Shown here piece by piece: positions 38,543-49,859 of a DNA stretch of 64,000 bases. Under the pieces are notes generated by a model. It saw only the letters and a list, made by a program, of their open reading frames with translations, was not told where the DNA came from and searched no databases. The position numbers were made by a program, and so were the translations under genes. The DNA comes from Nymphaea colorata (Eukaryota): the NCBI RefSeq assembly GCF_008831285.2, contig NC_045138.2, positions 8,866,001 through 8,930,000 on the forward strand, in the 5' to 3' direction. The stretch's first letter is position 1; every line of letters starts with the position of its first letter.

Positions 38543-39333
38543 GTTTACACCATCAGCAAGGCCTGACATACAACATGTTTTTCATCCAGATTTCAGCGTG
38601 TTTCAGAAGAACAATGGCATTTCAGATTAGGAACATCCTCATAATGGCGTTGTGAAACATTTGCAGCAGAAAAATTTGATTGATGTTTGCTCTTCAGTTC
38701 CTAGAACTTCTATTTGTCATAGCTGCCAACTTGGCAAATCGTGTAGGTTGTCGTTTCTTGAATGAGAAAAGAAATCCATTGATCTTTTTGAAAAAAAATC
38801 ACTCGGAGTTATGGGGACTAGTGCCTGTTTGTTCTAATTTTGGTTATCGGTACTATGTGAGTTTTATTGATGAGCATTCTAGATTCACTTGGCTATATCC
38901 CTCGAAGCCCAAATCTGATTTTTTTGTCTGTTTTCAGCATTTCTAGAAATTTGTTGAGACACAATTTAATAAAAGGAAAAAAGTTTTTCAATCGGATTAA
39001 GGAGGAGAATATAAAAGTACAAAATTTAGAGATCATCTAAAGTCTCTTGGAGCAAAACAACAATTTTCTTGTCCGTACACTAAACAACAAAATGGTATGG
39101 CAGAAAGAAAACATTGAAACATCACGGAATGGAGTTTGACCATGATGTTGCACACCAAAGTTCTCAAGCGTTTTTTGTTTGAAGCCTTTAGCAGTGCTGT
39201 TTTTCTCATTAATAGGCTACCATCGTCTTCTCTTAAGATGGATTCTCCTTACTTGAAGCTTTTTGGGCAGCATCCTAAATATGACTTTCTTCGTGTTTTT
39301 GAATGGCGATGTTTCCCTTACATGAGAGATTAT

Positions 39334-42300
39334 TATTAAGATGTGTTTATATTCAGTTTTAGGTTTAAGAGGGTACTTTTGTAAATAACTTTTCCTTTAG
39401 ATGGTTCTCTTGTATCTTCTCTCTCTCTCCCCTCTAGTCTATATAAAGAGGAGTTAGGGCAGATTTCGAGGTTAATCAAAGTATAATCTTCTCCTAATTT
39501 ATCATGGTATCAGAGCTCCAGCCGCCTCCTCCTCAGCGCGTCGTCGCTGATTGAGCGGCGCCAGCCGCTGCCTGATCACGACCGTCGTTGCTCTTCCGCC
39601 CGTCGCTCGTGTCCGCCCATCTCCACCCGTCACCCGCCGCTTGCATCGTTGCTTCTCCGTCCGTCGCCGCCTGCCCACGACCGTCATCGCCCATCGCCGC
39701 CTGCTCGCGTCATCGCCCGCCGCCGTCTGATCGCGTCTCCACGCAGCATCGCCCGCCGCCGCCTTCTCGCGCCCTCGCCCGCCGCTGCCTGCTCGCGTTT
39801 CGCAGCATCTCCACCCGTTGCTGCCATCTTCACCCGTCGTTTCTGCCTGCTTCGCTGCTACCCTGCACCGTCGCTGCTTTCCACCACTGCTTCGCTGTCG
39901 TCTCTGGTATCTCTCTTCGTTCTTCTTCGTCGGCTTGTGTCTGATCAGCGTTGTCAGCTTTGTTATTACCTCCTCTTCCAACCGATCAGACTTATGGATT
40001 ACTTCGTGCGTTTGACTGCTATTGCTCGATGATCAGCATGTTGTCTTTACATATGTGATTATATTCCTTGTTGCCTGCACTTCTTATTCCGTGGCTCGGT
40101 GTCCTCCTTTGTGTTGAAAGATGTCTGAAATTAGTAGTGGAGCTAATACCTCTTCCTTTGCATCGTCGGGAGAGATGAAGAGTTCCCCATTTTCCAGCAT
40201 TATCACCAAAATGGATGGGGGAAATTACGAGATGTGGGCCATGCAAGTAAAAAGAACCTTGATCGCTCATGAGAAGGAACATCTCATATTGGAGCCCGAG
40301 CCCGTACAGAAGGTAGGAAAATATACTACTTGGTTTAAAGATAATTCGTTGGTTATGGTATGGATTGTTGGTACTCTTTCTCAAGACATTGCAAATGAAG
40401 TCTTGCATAAGGAAAGTGCAAAGGATATGTGGGATTCCCTTGCAGCCACCTATTCCCAAGCAAGGAATGAAACAAGAATTATGCAGTTTCATCATGATAT
40501 TCATCAGATGCGACAAGATGGTCGACCTCTTCATACTTATTATTCTAGTCTCAAGTCCATGTTTGAGAGACTAAATAGCTACTTTCCTGCATGTAAGTGT
40601 GAACAACAAAAGGCATATAGAGATATGCTTATGGCAGGTGTATTTCTTTCTGGATTAGACTCTGTTTATGAATCAGCAAAGAATCAGATGCTCACTAGTC
40701 CCTCGATTCCTCCTATTGATGAGGCTTATAGTAGGCTAAGCAGAATTCCAATCCCTGCGTCGACTGTTCTTGATACCACTTCTGCTATGCTTGCTACTCG
40801 TGGCAGAGGTGGGTCCTTCTTTGCCAGAGGACGAGAATACCGTGGTCGTGGCAATACCACTTCTCGCCCAGTATGTCAGTTTTGTCATCGCATTGGTCAC
40901 ACTGTGGATAAGTGTTGGCAGAAACATGGTCGTCCAGCTGTTGCAAATCAGACTGTATTTACTGATCCTCCAGAGCAGCCTAAGACTCAACATACTGTTT
41001 CCTCCAGTGAGATACGTGCAGATGATATTATCTCTCAGTTGAGAAACTTGATTGGTGATAGAACTCAACAAGCACCTGATCCGACCACCTCTACTATCAC
41101 TACTGCTGCCAGTGCGTCTTCATCTGGTATGTATTCTGACTATACTCCTGCTACTGACACTACAGATTGGCTCATCGATTCGGGTGCATCGACACATCTC
41201 TGTGGAGACAAGGCCCAGTTTACTTCTTATGTCCCTACTCCACCTGGTCGCTTGGTTATTCTAGCAGATGGCAAATATTCTCCAGTTGTTGGACATGGAG
41301 AGGTCCAACTTACTTCATCATTGTCGTTGCAACATGTTCTTCATGCACCAGAATTCCCACATAGCCCACTGTCTATCAGTCAGATTACCAGAGATTTAAA
41401 CTGTCGTGCGATATTTGACTCCTCTTCTCTTGTGTTTCAGGATATACTGACGGGCAGAGACTTGTTTTCTGTTCCACCTCGTGTTTTTGGATGTGTTGCC
41501 TTTGTTCAGTTGCTTGGTCCTGGGAGAGATAAGTTGTCTCCTCGGGCCATCAAAACGATCTTTGTTGGTTATTCCCGCACTCAAAAGGGATATCGATGTT
41601 ATGATCCTTCTACTCGTCGATATTATGTGAGTGCTGATGTTACATTCTTTAAGTCAACCTCTTTCTTCTCCCCAAATGGAACTCAATTAAGGGCGCCTGA
41701 AGTGAATGATGAAGTCCATTTTCCTCTACCTCTCATGAGTTGTCCAAAACCAGTTGATTCACACTTTGGGGCTGTCTACCAACGTCGTACTAAACCTGTT
41801 GCGCCTGCTCACTGTGCACCTGTGCCTTCACCCAACACGCCCAAGGTCATTCCTGACACAAACTCTGCTGACAATTTTTTATGTAATGATGACATAGGAG
41901 AATGTCACGAGCAGGTTCATGCTCCTAATGAACTTGATATGCCCATTGCTCAAAGGAAAGGCAAACGCAGTTGCACTTTGCATCCTATCTCTGGTCACTT
42001 ATCCATGGATAGACTCACTCCTATGTACCGACAGTTTGTCAAGGGGCTGTCGGCTATTGCTCTTCCACAGAATCCCATGGATGCTCTCTCTGATCCAAAA
42101 TGGGCTGCAGCTATGCAAGAAGAGATGGATGCTCTTCAGTCTAGAGGCACCTGGACCCTTGTTACTCCTTCAGCTGATGCCGCCATTGTTGGTTGCAGAT
42201 GGGTCTTTACTATCAAATACAGAGCGGATGGCAGCCTTGACAGATATAAGGCTCGTCTGGTTGCTAAAGGCTATACCCAAACTTATGGGGTTGATTATTA

Positions 42301-43776
42301 TGATACCTTCTCTCCTGTGGCACGACATGCTTCTTTACGGATTCTCCTTGCTGTGGCTGTCAGCAAGAATTGGTCCCTATCACAGCTTGATGTCAAAAAT
42401 GCCTTTCTCTATGGTGACTTACATGAAGAAGTGTATATGCAGCAACCACCAGGGTTTGTTGCTGAGGGGGAGTGTCAGAAAGTGTGCAGATTGCGAAAGG
42501 CGATTTATGGTCTGAAACAGAGTCCTCGAGCTTGGTTTCAGAAATTGTCAGAGAATATTGAGAATGAGGGCTTCAGACGTTCTTCGGCCGATCATTCCCT
42601 CTTTGTCAAGAAGACTTCTACAGGTACGGTGATAGTTCTTGTCTATGTTGATGATATCATTGTTACAGGGGATGATGATCAGGGGATTTCCAACATCAAG
42701 GATGTCCTTGGACAACACTTTGTCACCAAGGACCTTGGTGAACTACGTTATTTCCTCGGTATTGAGTTTGCCAGAAATCGAAAGGGTCTTATCATGTGCC
42801 AGAGGAAATACGTTACTGATGTTTTGCAAGAGACAGGGATGCTGGGGTGTCGACCTGCATCCACGCCTATGGATATCAATACCCGCTTATATGATGATGA
42901 TACTGAAGATGTTGATGCGAGACAGTATAGAGGGATTGTTGGGAAGCTCCTATACATCACTGTTACTCGACCTGACATTGCCTATGCTGTTAGCAGAGTG
43001 AGTCAATTTATGGATAAGCCCAAGAAAGTTCATTGGGATGCTGCTATGATGATTCTTAGGTATCTAAAGAATTCACCAGGAACGGGACTCTTTCTTTCAG
43101 AATGGTACCTCACTCACTATATCTGTGTATGTTGATGCCGACTATGCGGGATGCCCCTCAGACAGAAAATCCACCACTGGGTTTTGTGTGTTTATTGGAT
43201 CCAACTTGGTTACATGGAAGAGTAAGAAGCAAACTGTGGTTGCCAGATCAAGTGCAGAATCTGAGTATAGAGCTATGGCTCAGGGTACTGCTGAAGTTAT
43301 GTGGGTTAGATCCCTGATGGTGGATCTTACTGTCGAAGTGCCTCTACCTATGCAATTGTTATGTGATAACAAAGCTGCACTGTTTATTGCTAATAATCCG
43401 GCTTTTCATGAAAGAACCAAGCATGTTGAAGTAGATTGTCACTACACCAGAGACATGATTCAAAAGGGGTTTGTAAGTACCTCACACATTTCAACTACAG
43501 GGCAAACGGCTGATATCTTTACTAAGGCTCTTGCAAGGGGACCATTCCAAAGCTGCTGTTCCAAGTTGAGCCTATTTGACATATACGCTCCAACTTGAGG
43601 GGGAGTGTTAAGATGTGTTTATATTCAGTTTTAGGTTTAAGAGGGTACTTTTGTAAATAACTTTTCCTTTAGATGTTTCTCTTGTATCTTCTCTCTCTCT
43701 CTCCTCTAGTCTATATAAAGAGGAGTTAGGGCAGATTTCGAGGTTAATCAAAGTATAATCTTCTCCTAATTTATCA
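39334..43776 (+). mobile_element. Ty1/Copia copy C, integrase-deleted, nested in D
   Basis: 171-bp LTRs at 39334-39504 and 43606-43776 (3 mismatches by eye, including TG>TA at the 5' end); TSD ATTAT; PBS at 39505; PPT present. Confidence 0.96.
40121..43598 (+). pseudogene. gag-pol of Copia C: intact Gag-PR, in-frame loss of integrase core, +1 frameshift before RNase H
   Basis: ORF reads ...DILTGR|DLFSVPP...; one extra T near 43091 relative to B. Confidence 0.93.
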
Positions 43777-46700
43777 ATTATGCAAGAGATAAATTGGAGC
43801 CTCGACCATTGCTGTGTGTTTTCTTGGGTATAGTGAAAGTCAAAAAGGATATCATTGTTTGTATCCGGCCACTGAAAAATTTTTATCCCTCGACATGTTT
43901 GTTTTGATGAACATTTTTTTCCTTATAAAAATCCTGCTCAATTATATGATGGAGATTCTCTAACTTCAGATTTAATTTCTTTCTATGAGGAACAAGAGGA
44001 CATAGAGCAACCGGCTTCCGAAGATGATAGTCTTATTCGAACGAATGATGGTCATGAGGAAGAAAGAGGTGAGATTGGCACCCACTCTTAGTTTCAAGAG
44101 GTTTTGATTGACAATATGCCAATTAATGAATAGCCGGTTCACAATCAGCTGGATAACCCTGATCAGGGCGAGCATCAGACAGCCACGACTGAAAACATGG
44201 AACAAAATCAAGTGCATAGAAATGAGATAGCACTATGCCAGTCAATGAGCAGTCGGATCACAATCAGCTGGAAAACTTAGAACAAGATCAAGGCGAACAT
44301 GGAATACATGACACGACCACAACTGAGAATTGGGAACAAGGGGAGCGTAAAATAAAAGTAAAACCTAGAGACTTGTACCCTATGATCCCAAGATGAATTT
44401 AGTTAGATCGAAATGGGTGTTTAAAACCAAACTCAAATCCGATGGGATGTTGGAAAAAGTTAAAGCCAAAGTTGTTGCTTGAGGGTTCACTCAAAAAGAA
44501 GGAATTGGTTTAAATGAAAACTTTTCTCTTGTGGTTCGTCCTACCACTATTAGAATGGTCCTTTCCATTGCTACTATTAGACGGTGGGAAATGAGGCAGC
44601 TGGATATTAAGAAAGCTTTCTTACACGACACTATTTATGAAGATGTATACATGAGACAGCCTCCTCGGTATGAAGATAAAACAAAACTAGGCTATGTTAG
44701 TAAATTGCAGCAAGCTATTTACAGTCTAAAACAGGCATCGCATGCGTGGTATGCTAAATTAAGCAGTTTTCTTCTTGATTATGGTTTTTCTACTAGTATG
44801 GCTGATCCGCCTATGTTTATATTGCATCAAAAATAAAAAATTCTTGTGCTCATTGTGTATGTTGACAACATGATCTTAACTAGAAATTGTTCCATATTTT
44901 TGCAAAGTTTTGTTAATGCTTTTTGCAAGGAGTTTCCTGTCAAAGATCTCGGGAGGTTGAGTTATTTTTTAGGAGTTGAAGTGACTTGAACAGAACAAGG
45001 AATTCTCTTATGTCAAACCAAGTATGTTAAAGACATTCTTGAAAGAGCAAAGATGGAGGATTGCAAACCAATTACCATGCCAATGGGTCCAAAAATGCCT
45101 CAGTATAAAGATGATGAAATGAAATTTGACAATCCTACTTTCTATAGGCACATAGTTGGTTCCTTGCAATACTTGACTCTAACGCGACCAGACACCTCCT
45201 TTGTTGTCAATCATGTTAGTCAGTTTATGCATGAGCCATTTCAGATTCACTATCAAATGGTCAAAAGGATTTTATGGTACATTAAATGACCAATACACAT
45301 GGGACTAAACATATTGTTGCAAAGCACCTGGGCAAGATGTTCTCAAACTAGGTGATCCACCATAGGATTTTGTGTTTTTCTTAGTGCTAATTGTGTCTTG
45401 GAGTGTCAAGAAGTAAAATAGTGTAGCCAAATCTAGTACCGAGGCTGAATATAGAGCAATGACATTGAATTCTTAATGAAGGACATTGGAATTTAGATTA
45501 TCAATGTTCCAATCTTACACTGTGATAATAAGAGCTCTCTTTATATGACGGCAAATCCAGTATTTCATAACCGGAGCAAGCACATTCAAATTGGTTTTCA
45601 TTATGTAAGAGAGAGAGTAGCTCAAAAGCAACTTGAGACTAAGTACATTTCAACCAACAATCAAGTTGCCGATCTTTTACCAAAAGCTTATCAAAGCGTA
45701 TTTTCAATCTCCTCAAGAACAAACTCAGCCTCCAACAGTGGCTCGGTTTGAGGGGAAATGTTAACGAAATTGGTAAGGAGGATAAGGACGACAAATCCAC
45801 TGGAGAGAAAATCGACAATCAGAAAATGGTTGTCGAGCTAGTAACAGAAGATTGTGATCGATTGGATGAAAGAGGCAGAAAAATCATAAGATAAGAAAAG
45901 GCTACAATCTTGGGATAAACTGAAGATTTCGTCTAATGTAGGCAAGAACAATCTTGCCTAAGATAATATGTAATTTCTTTCCCTATAAAAGGGACTCGAC
46001 TCTATCATTGTACTATCATCTTCTCATCAATAAAACAAAGTCTGAGTGCCTTCCGAACGTGGACTTAGGCTTCATCTAAGCTGAACCACATCAATTCTTG
46101 CCTTCCTTCTTTACTCTCCTTACGCTTTCTTTAAGAAAGTCCACCATGATGCTAGATCCCCTTCGCTTCATAAATGAAAGGATATTAAATAAACCAATCC
46201 TGTAATCTACAACACTTTGGATATCGTACTTTATAAGGTACAATTTAGTCACAAATGAAAACATCTTAGCTTTTACAACTAGTCTATTTTTAGATAAGAG
46301 GTGTCTCACTACTTTCAATGGAGATGTTCAGGGAAGAGCGGAAGTCCCAAGTAAGTGAGAGGGAGACGACCCCCCCACCTACCAATTCAGAATGTTGCAG
46401 ATAATAGCTAATCCCTCACTATTCGCATTAAAGGGAATCACAATGGTTTTGTTATTGCTACACCCAGAACAGAACCATCTTCGAATTCTAACAACACTAC
46501 TTTAATTGTCTTCAATGATCTATGTGAAATCTTGGAGAAAATAAGAACATCATCTACATAAGTAAGCATAGGGAAAAAAAACCAAAACTGTAGATATGAA
46601 TGGGGGAGAGATGCTATCTCTAAACCTTCAAATGTCATGCAAAGGTCTACCAGAAAAAGGTAAGGGGTTAGGGGGTCTCCCTACCTAAGTCCCTCATTAA

Positions 46701-47819
46701 ATTGGAAAAACTGATTGGAATCCCATTCACCAGTATTATTAGAGAAGCTACAGTCACACAAGCAAAAATGTGGTCCACCCATTTCTTAGCAAATCCTAAG
46801 CCTGTAAGAGAGTTATAAAGAAACTTCCAATTCATTTTGTCATATGCCTTGGAGATATCCAACTTCAAACACACTGACCATTCGTTACTCCTATTCAGGG
46901 AATGAACTAACTCATGGACAAAAATAATGTTATCATCAATTAGTCTGCCAAGCCAGGCAACAACAGATGCAGAGAAATCATCAGAGGAAATATCAATACA
47001 TTTACGACAAAAATGAAAACCCCTAGCATAGTCGTAGGATTCAGGCTCCTGAATCAAGCCTTGTAACCATCATTTTCATCTATTATTATTGGACTTGATT
47101 GTCATTTGAGTAGATTGCTGATCGCCTTTATGGAAAAGCAAGAATAATGCATGTGATTCCATCTGCAAAATGAGTCGCATATCCTGATCATAGAGAAACA
47201 CTCTATCGACCATCTGCCCCTCATATCAAACTAAACCAGCACAAACACAAACTGAACCCACCTACTTGGAAGCAATCTCCAACACCGATCCTATTTTGGC
47301 ACCTATTCTCCAAAATGGAGAGAAAATCCTGGATTTTAATCACAACCTGATTGCTTAGGAGTCCTTATTCAACCATCTTTGCTTGAGGGTTACTTCAACA
47401 CAGTAATGCCAAATTTGTCACTTAATTCTTCTAAGATATTACTCATCGCCTTTGTGGAGAGGTTGATTCTCACTACAAGAAAAAGAGCGTTTACTAATGC
47501 ACTAGCTGCGTTACTAAAAGTGCGGACTAATGCACTCAAAGTGTTACAAATGGTGTTGCTAAAGGCCTCGTTACAGAATCTTTCTTTTACGAAAAAGTTG
47601 TGTGTGACTATTAACAATTAGTAACAAACTTTTCTTGTTATTACTAACGCAGATCCTGTATTGCTTATGCGTTTTGCATTACAAACTGTAACCAAACCTG
47701 TTTTTTACATTATACATGCGATATGTAATTCTTAGTATCTTGCTAATCAATAAAAAGAGGCAGAGAGCCACCAGTACAGCTTGCTGAAACAATCCAATAA
47801 AAAAAAACTGATGCATCTT

Positions 47820-48466
47820 GCACCTTAATCACCTTACAAACAGACTCATCAGTGAACATCACAGTCACATTATCTAGAACTTCATCAACATGGCATATCC
47901 AATGTTGGCCATTAAGCTCATAATCACCAATGGTGAAATCGCTAACATGCAGTAATTCGCTAGACAAATGTCTTATTATTTCCCCATTTTCAGCCCACAA
48001 AATACTCATCCACCAAGTTCTTGTCCATCCAGTTGGATCAGAAGTCGATGCCACAACATCGCCATGCATAAACACCATAGCTGCAGCCAAAATCTCAGCA
48101 GCGTTATCTTTTGTCTCATTATGATTTAGCCCATATGACTTTAGCTTGACCACTTATCAACAAATCATTGCTCTCAAAATCATCCTCAATATCACTAATG
48201 CTGCTATCTGAGAATAGTTCTCCCCCAACTTCCATGACCATGCAAATCAGTCCCTCTTTCTTAGTGGACCTTACAACATCTTGCCTATAAACGTAAACCC
48301 CTTTATTTAAGTGTTCTGGAACTTCCTGGTTTTTTATCAATTCCTTATCCTCATTCCCTTCCATTGCAGGAGAACATGCACTTGACCGGAACATTCCAAT
48401 TGATGAGCACTAACATCAGCATCAACCAAAAGGCTGGCATCTGTTGCTATGATGCTTGCTGACCAT
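47820..48466 (-). pseudogene. Fragment of a large E2 ubiquitin-conjugating enzyme (UBC23/UBC24-PHO2, UBE2O-like N-terminal region)
   Basis: YVYRQDVVR, GQAKVIW, FMHGDVVASTSDPTG, DFTIGDY, DEVLDNVTVMFTDESVCKV; acceptor ATTTTAG|ATG at 48467; frameshifted and truncated. Confidence 0.8.
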
Positions 48467-49244
48467 CTAAAATTTTGAATGGAAATAAGATTAGTAAATA
48501 CAGAAATCTCAGGAAATCAGACCATTAAACTCTATTCTTAAAGAGGCATCAATCACATTCAAATACATGCAACTCTGTTACAAGCATATAATTTCCACAT
48601 ATTGGTTCTGAAAAAATGGGAACAGATTAAATTTATAAAACGAGGAAACATAAAATCTCCAAACAGTCAAGAGAGCATACTAGGCCAGAATTTGTGGAAG
48701 CTCTACTGTTGTTTGTGTGGCCAAATGAAACATTACAGCAACACTTGGAAGTTGAAAGGGGTGGTATTGCATGTGACATGTTGATGCATGCAAAACTTTT
48801 ATGCCACATGAAACTTGTTCAACTTGGCATGTCATCAACCTTCGTGACATCCTTCCTGCATATCATCTCTTATGTGTCAACATCACAATGTTCTACTTGT
48901 TAAGTAATAATTCTCAAGTAATTAACTTAATTATGCATCCAAATAAAAAAAAATACTAGGGAAATCAAATTTTATCAATTGTAAGCAAATCAACTTAAAA
49001 CTTTTTCCATAATAAACCCGACCCAATCTCTAATTTGAAGCGAATGACATGATGCACATACTGAACTGTAAATGATTAAAGTACATCTGTACCACTTCGC
49101 ATGTGAACAAGGACTTGAGAGTAGTTTCCTTGGTCCAGTTCAAACCAGCAAGAACACAGTAGAGCAAACACCAATATCTTAGTGCAGTTCATAATTATAT
49201 ATCTAAACTGATCCTGATTCATGTTGAGGATGTGGGGGCCTTAC

Positions 49245-49560
49245 ACAGTCACAGCATGCCTGCCAAATGTGTACAAGACATTTGTGGCCCCAATGAAATA
49301 GAGAACTAGCTTTGCTTCTCCTAAGTGCATGACCCCTTCCACCTTTTAAATGAGTAAAGAAAGATAGAAACAATCAAACACCATGTTGTTAAGGCCTTTA
49401 ATATCATCAAGAAATGAGGATTGTTATTTTGTTTACATGTGCATGAAGCAAAGCAGCAAGGTACCATGTACCTAGGTGTGTAGGTGGTCATGACTAGCTC
49501 AATGAAGTACTGGATTTTGTAGTTATGGAAGGAATAAATGAAGACTGTAAAAAATATGAA
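49245..49560 (-). pseudogene. Two-exon fragment of an AUX1/LAX auxin influx carrier with its intron
   Basis: TVFIYSFHNYKIQYFIELVMTTYT; GT-AG intron 49436-49343; 98-nt exon VEGVMHLGEAKLVLYFIGATNVLYTFGRHAVT ending at GTAAGG. Confidence 0.88.
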
Positions 49561-49859
49561 GGTAATTAGATCCATAGGTGGGGAGACCAGTTTGCTGGAT
49601 CTCTTTGATTATGTGCCTAAGGCAGAACATAATTCAAGACCCCACTCAACTAAAAATGCAACATGCTGTTAGTCTTGACCAGAAAGCTATCTACTTCCAT
49701 TCTTGAATGCGAAAAATTCAGCTACATACTTCTGTCTCCACATTCATTTTTCTAATGTTTATTACTTATTTATTTTATAAATATATATAAACTTTCTCCT
49801 TACGCCAGTGGTTTGGTGTAAGGGGTACAACGGCATCGTTACCTGACACCATGGAACCT

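Larger units (their letters stand above)
32371..46133 (+). mobile_element. Old Ty1/Copia (element D), host of four nested insertions
   Basis: ~370-bp diverged LTRs at 32371-32741 and 45759-46133; TSD AGAAA (32366-32370, 46134-46138); PBS at 32742; PPT GAGGGGAAA; decayed gag (~36950-37800), PR, INT (~38600-39330) and RT/RNase H (~44400-45750). Confidence 0.92.
22668..47010 (-). mobile_element. Degenerate 5'-truncated L1-type LINE in three pieces (46139-~47010, 31893-32365, ~22668-23859)
   Basis: RT motifs GRLIDDNII, LKLDISKAYDKMNWKFL, YVDDVLIF; downstream HYVAWNTICWSIEEEGVGL; AATAAA and a short A-tract on the minus strand near 22670-22737. Pieces abut the TSDs of Copia D and the outer hAT. 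Confidence 0.75.
47471..49700. mobile_element. CACTA left terminus followed by captured gene fragments (Pack-CACTA); right end uncertain, possibly 63244
   Basis: CACTACAAGAAAA at 47471, then repeated ACTAA(C/T)GC / GTTACTAA subterminal motifs to ~47740. Confidence 0.7.

Noticed and set aside
26982..43598. B and C as a giant inverted repeat or hairpin locus
   Set aside because: Independent insertions with separate TSDs about 9 kb apart; no evidence of a read-through transcript.
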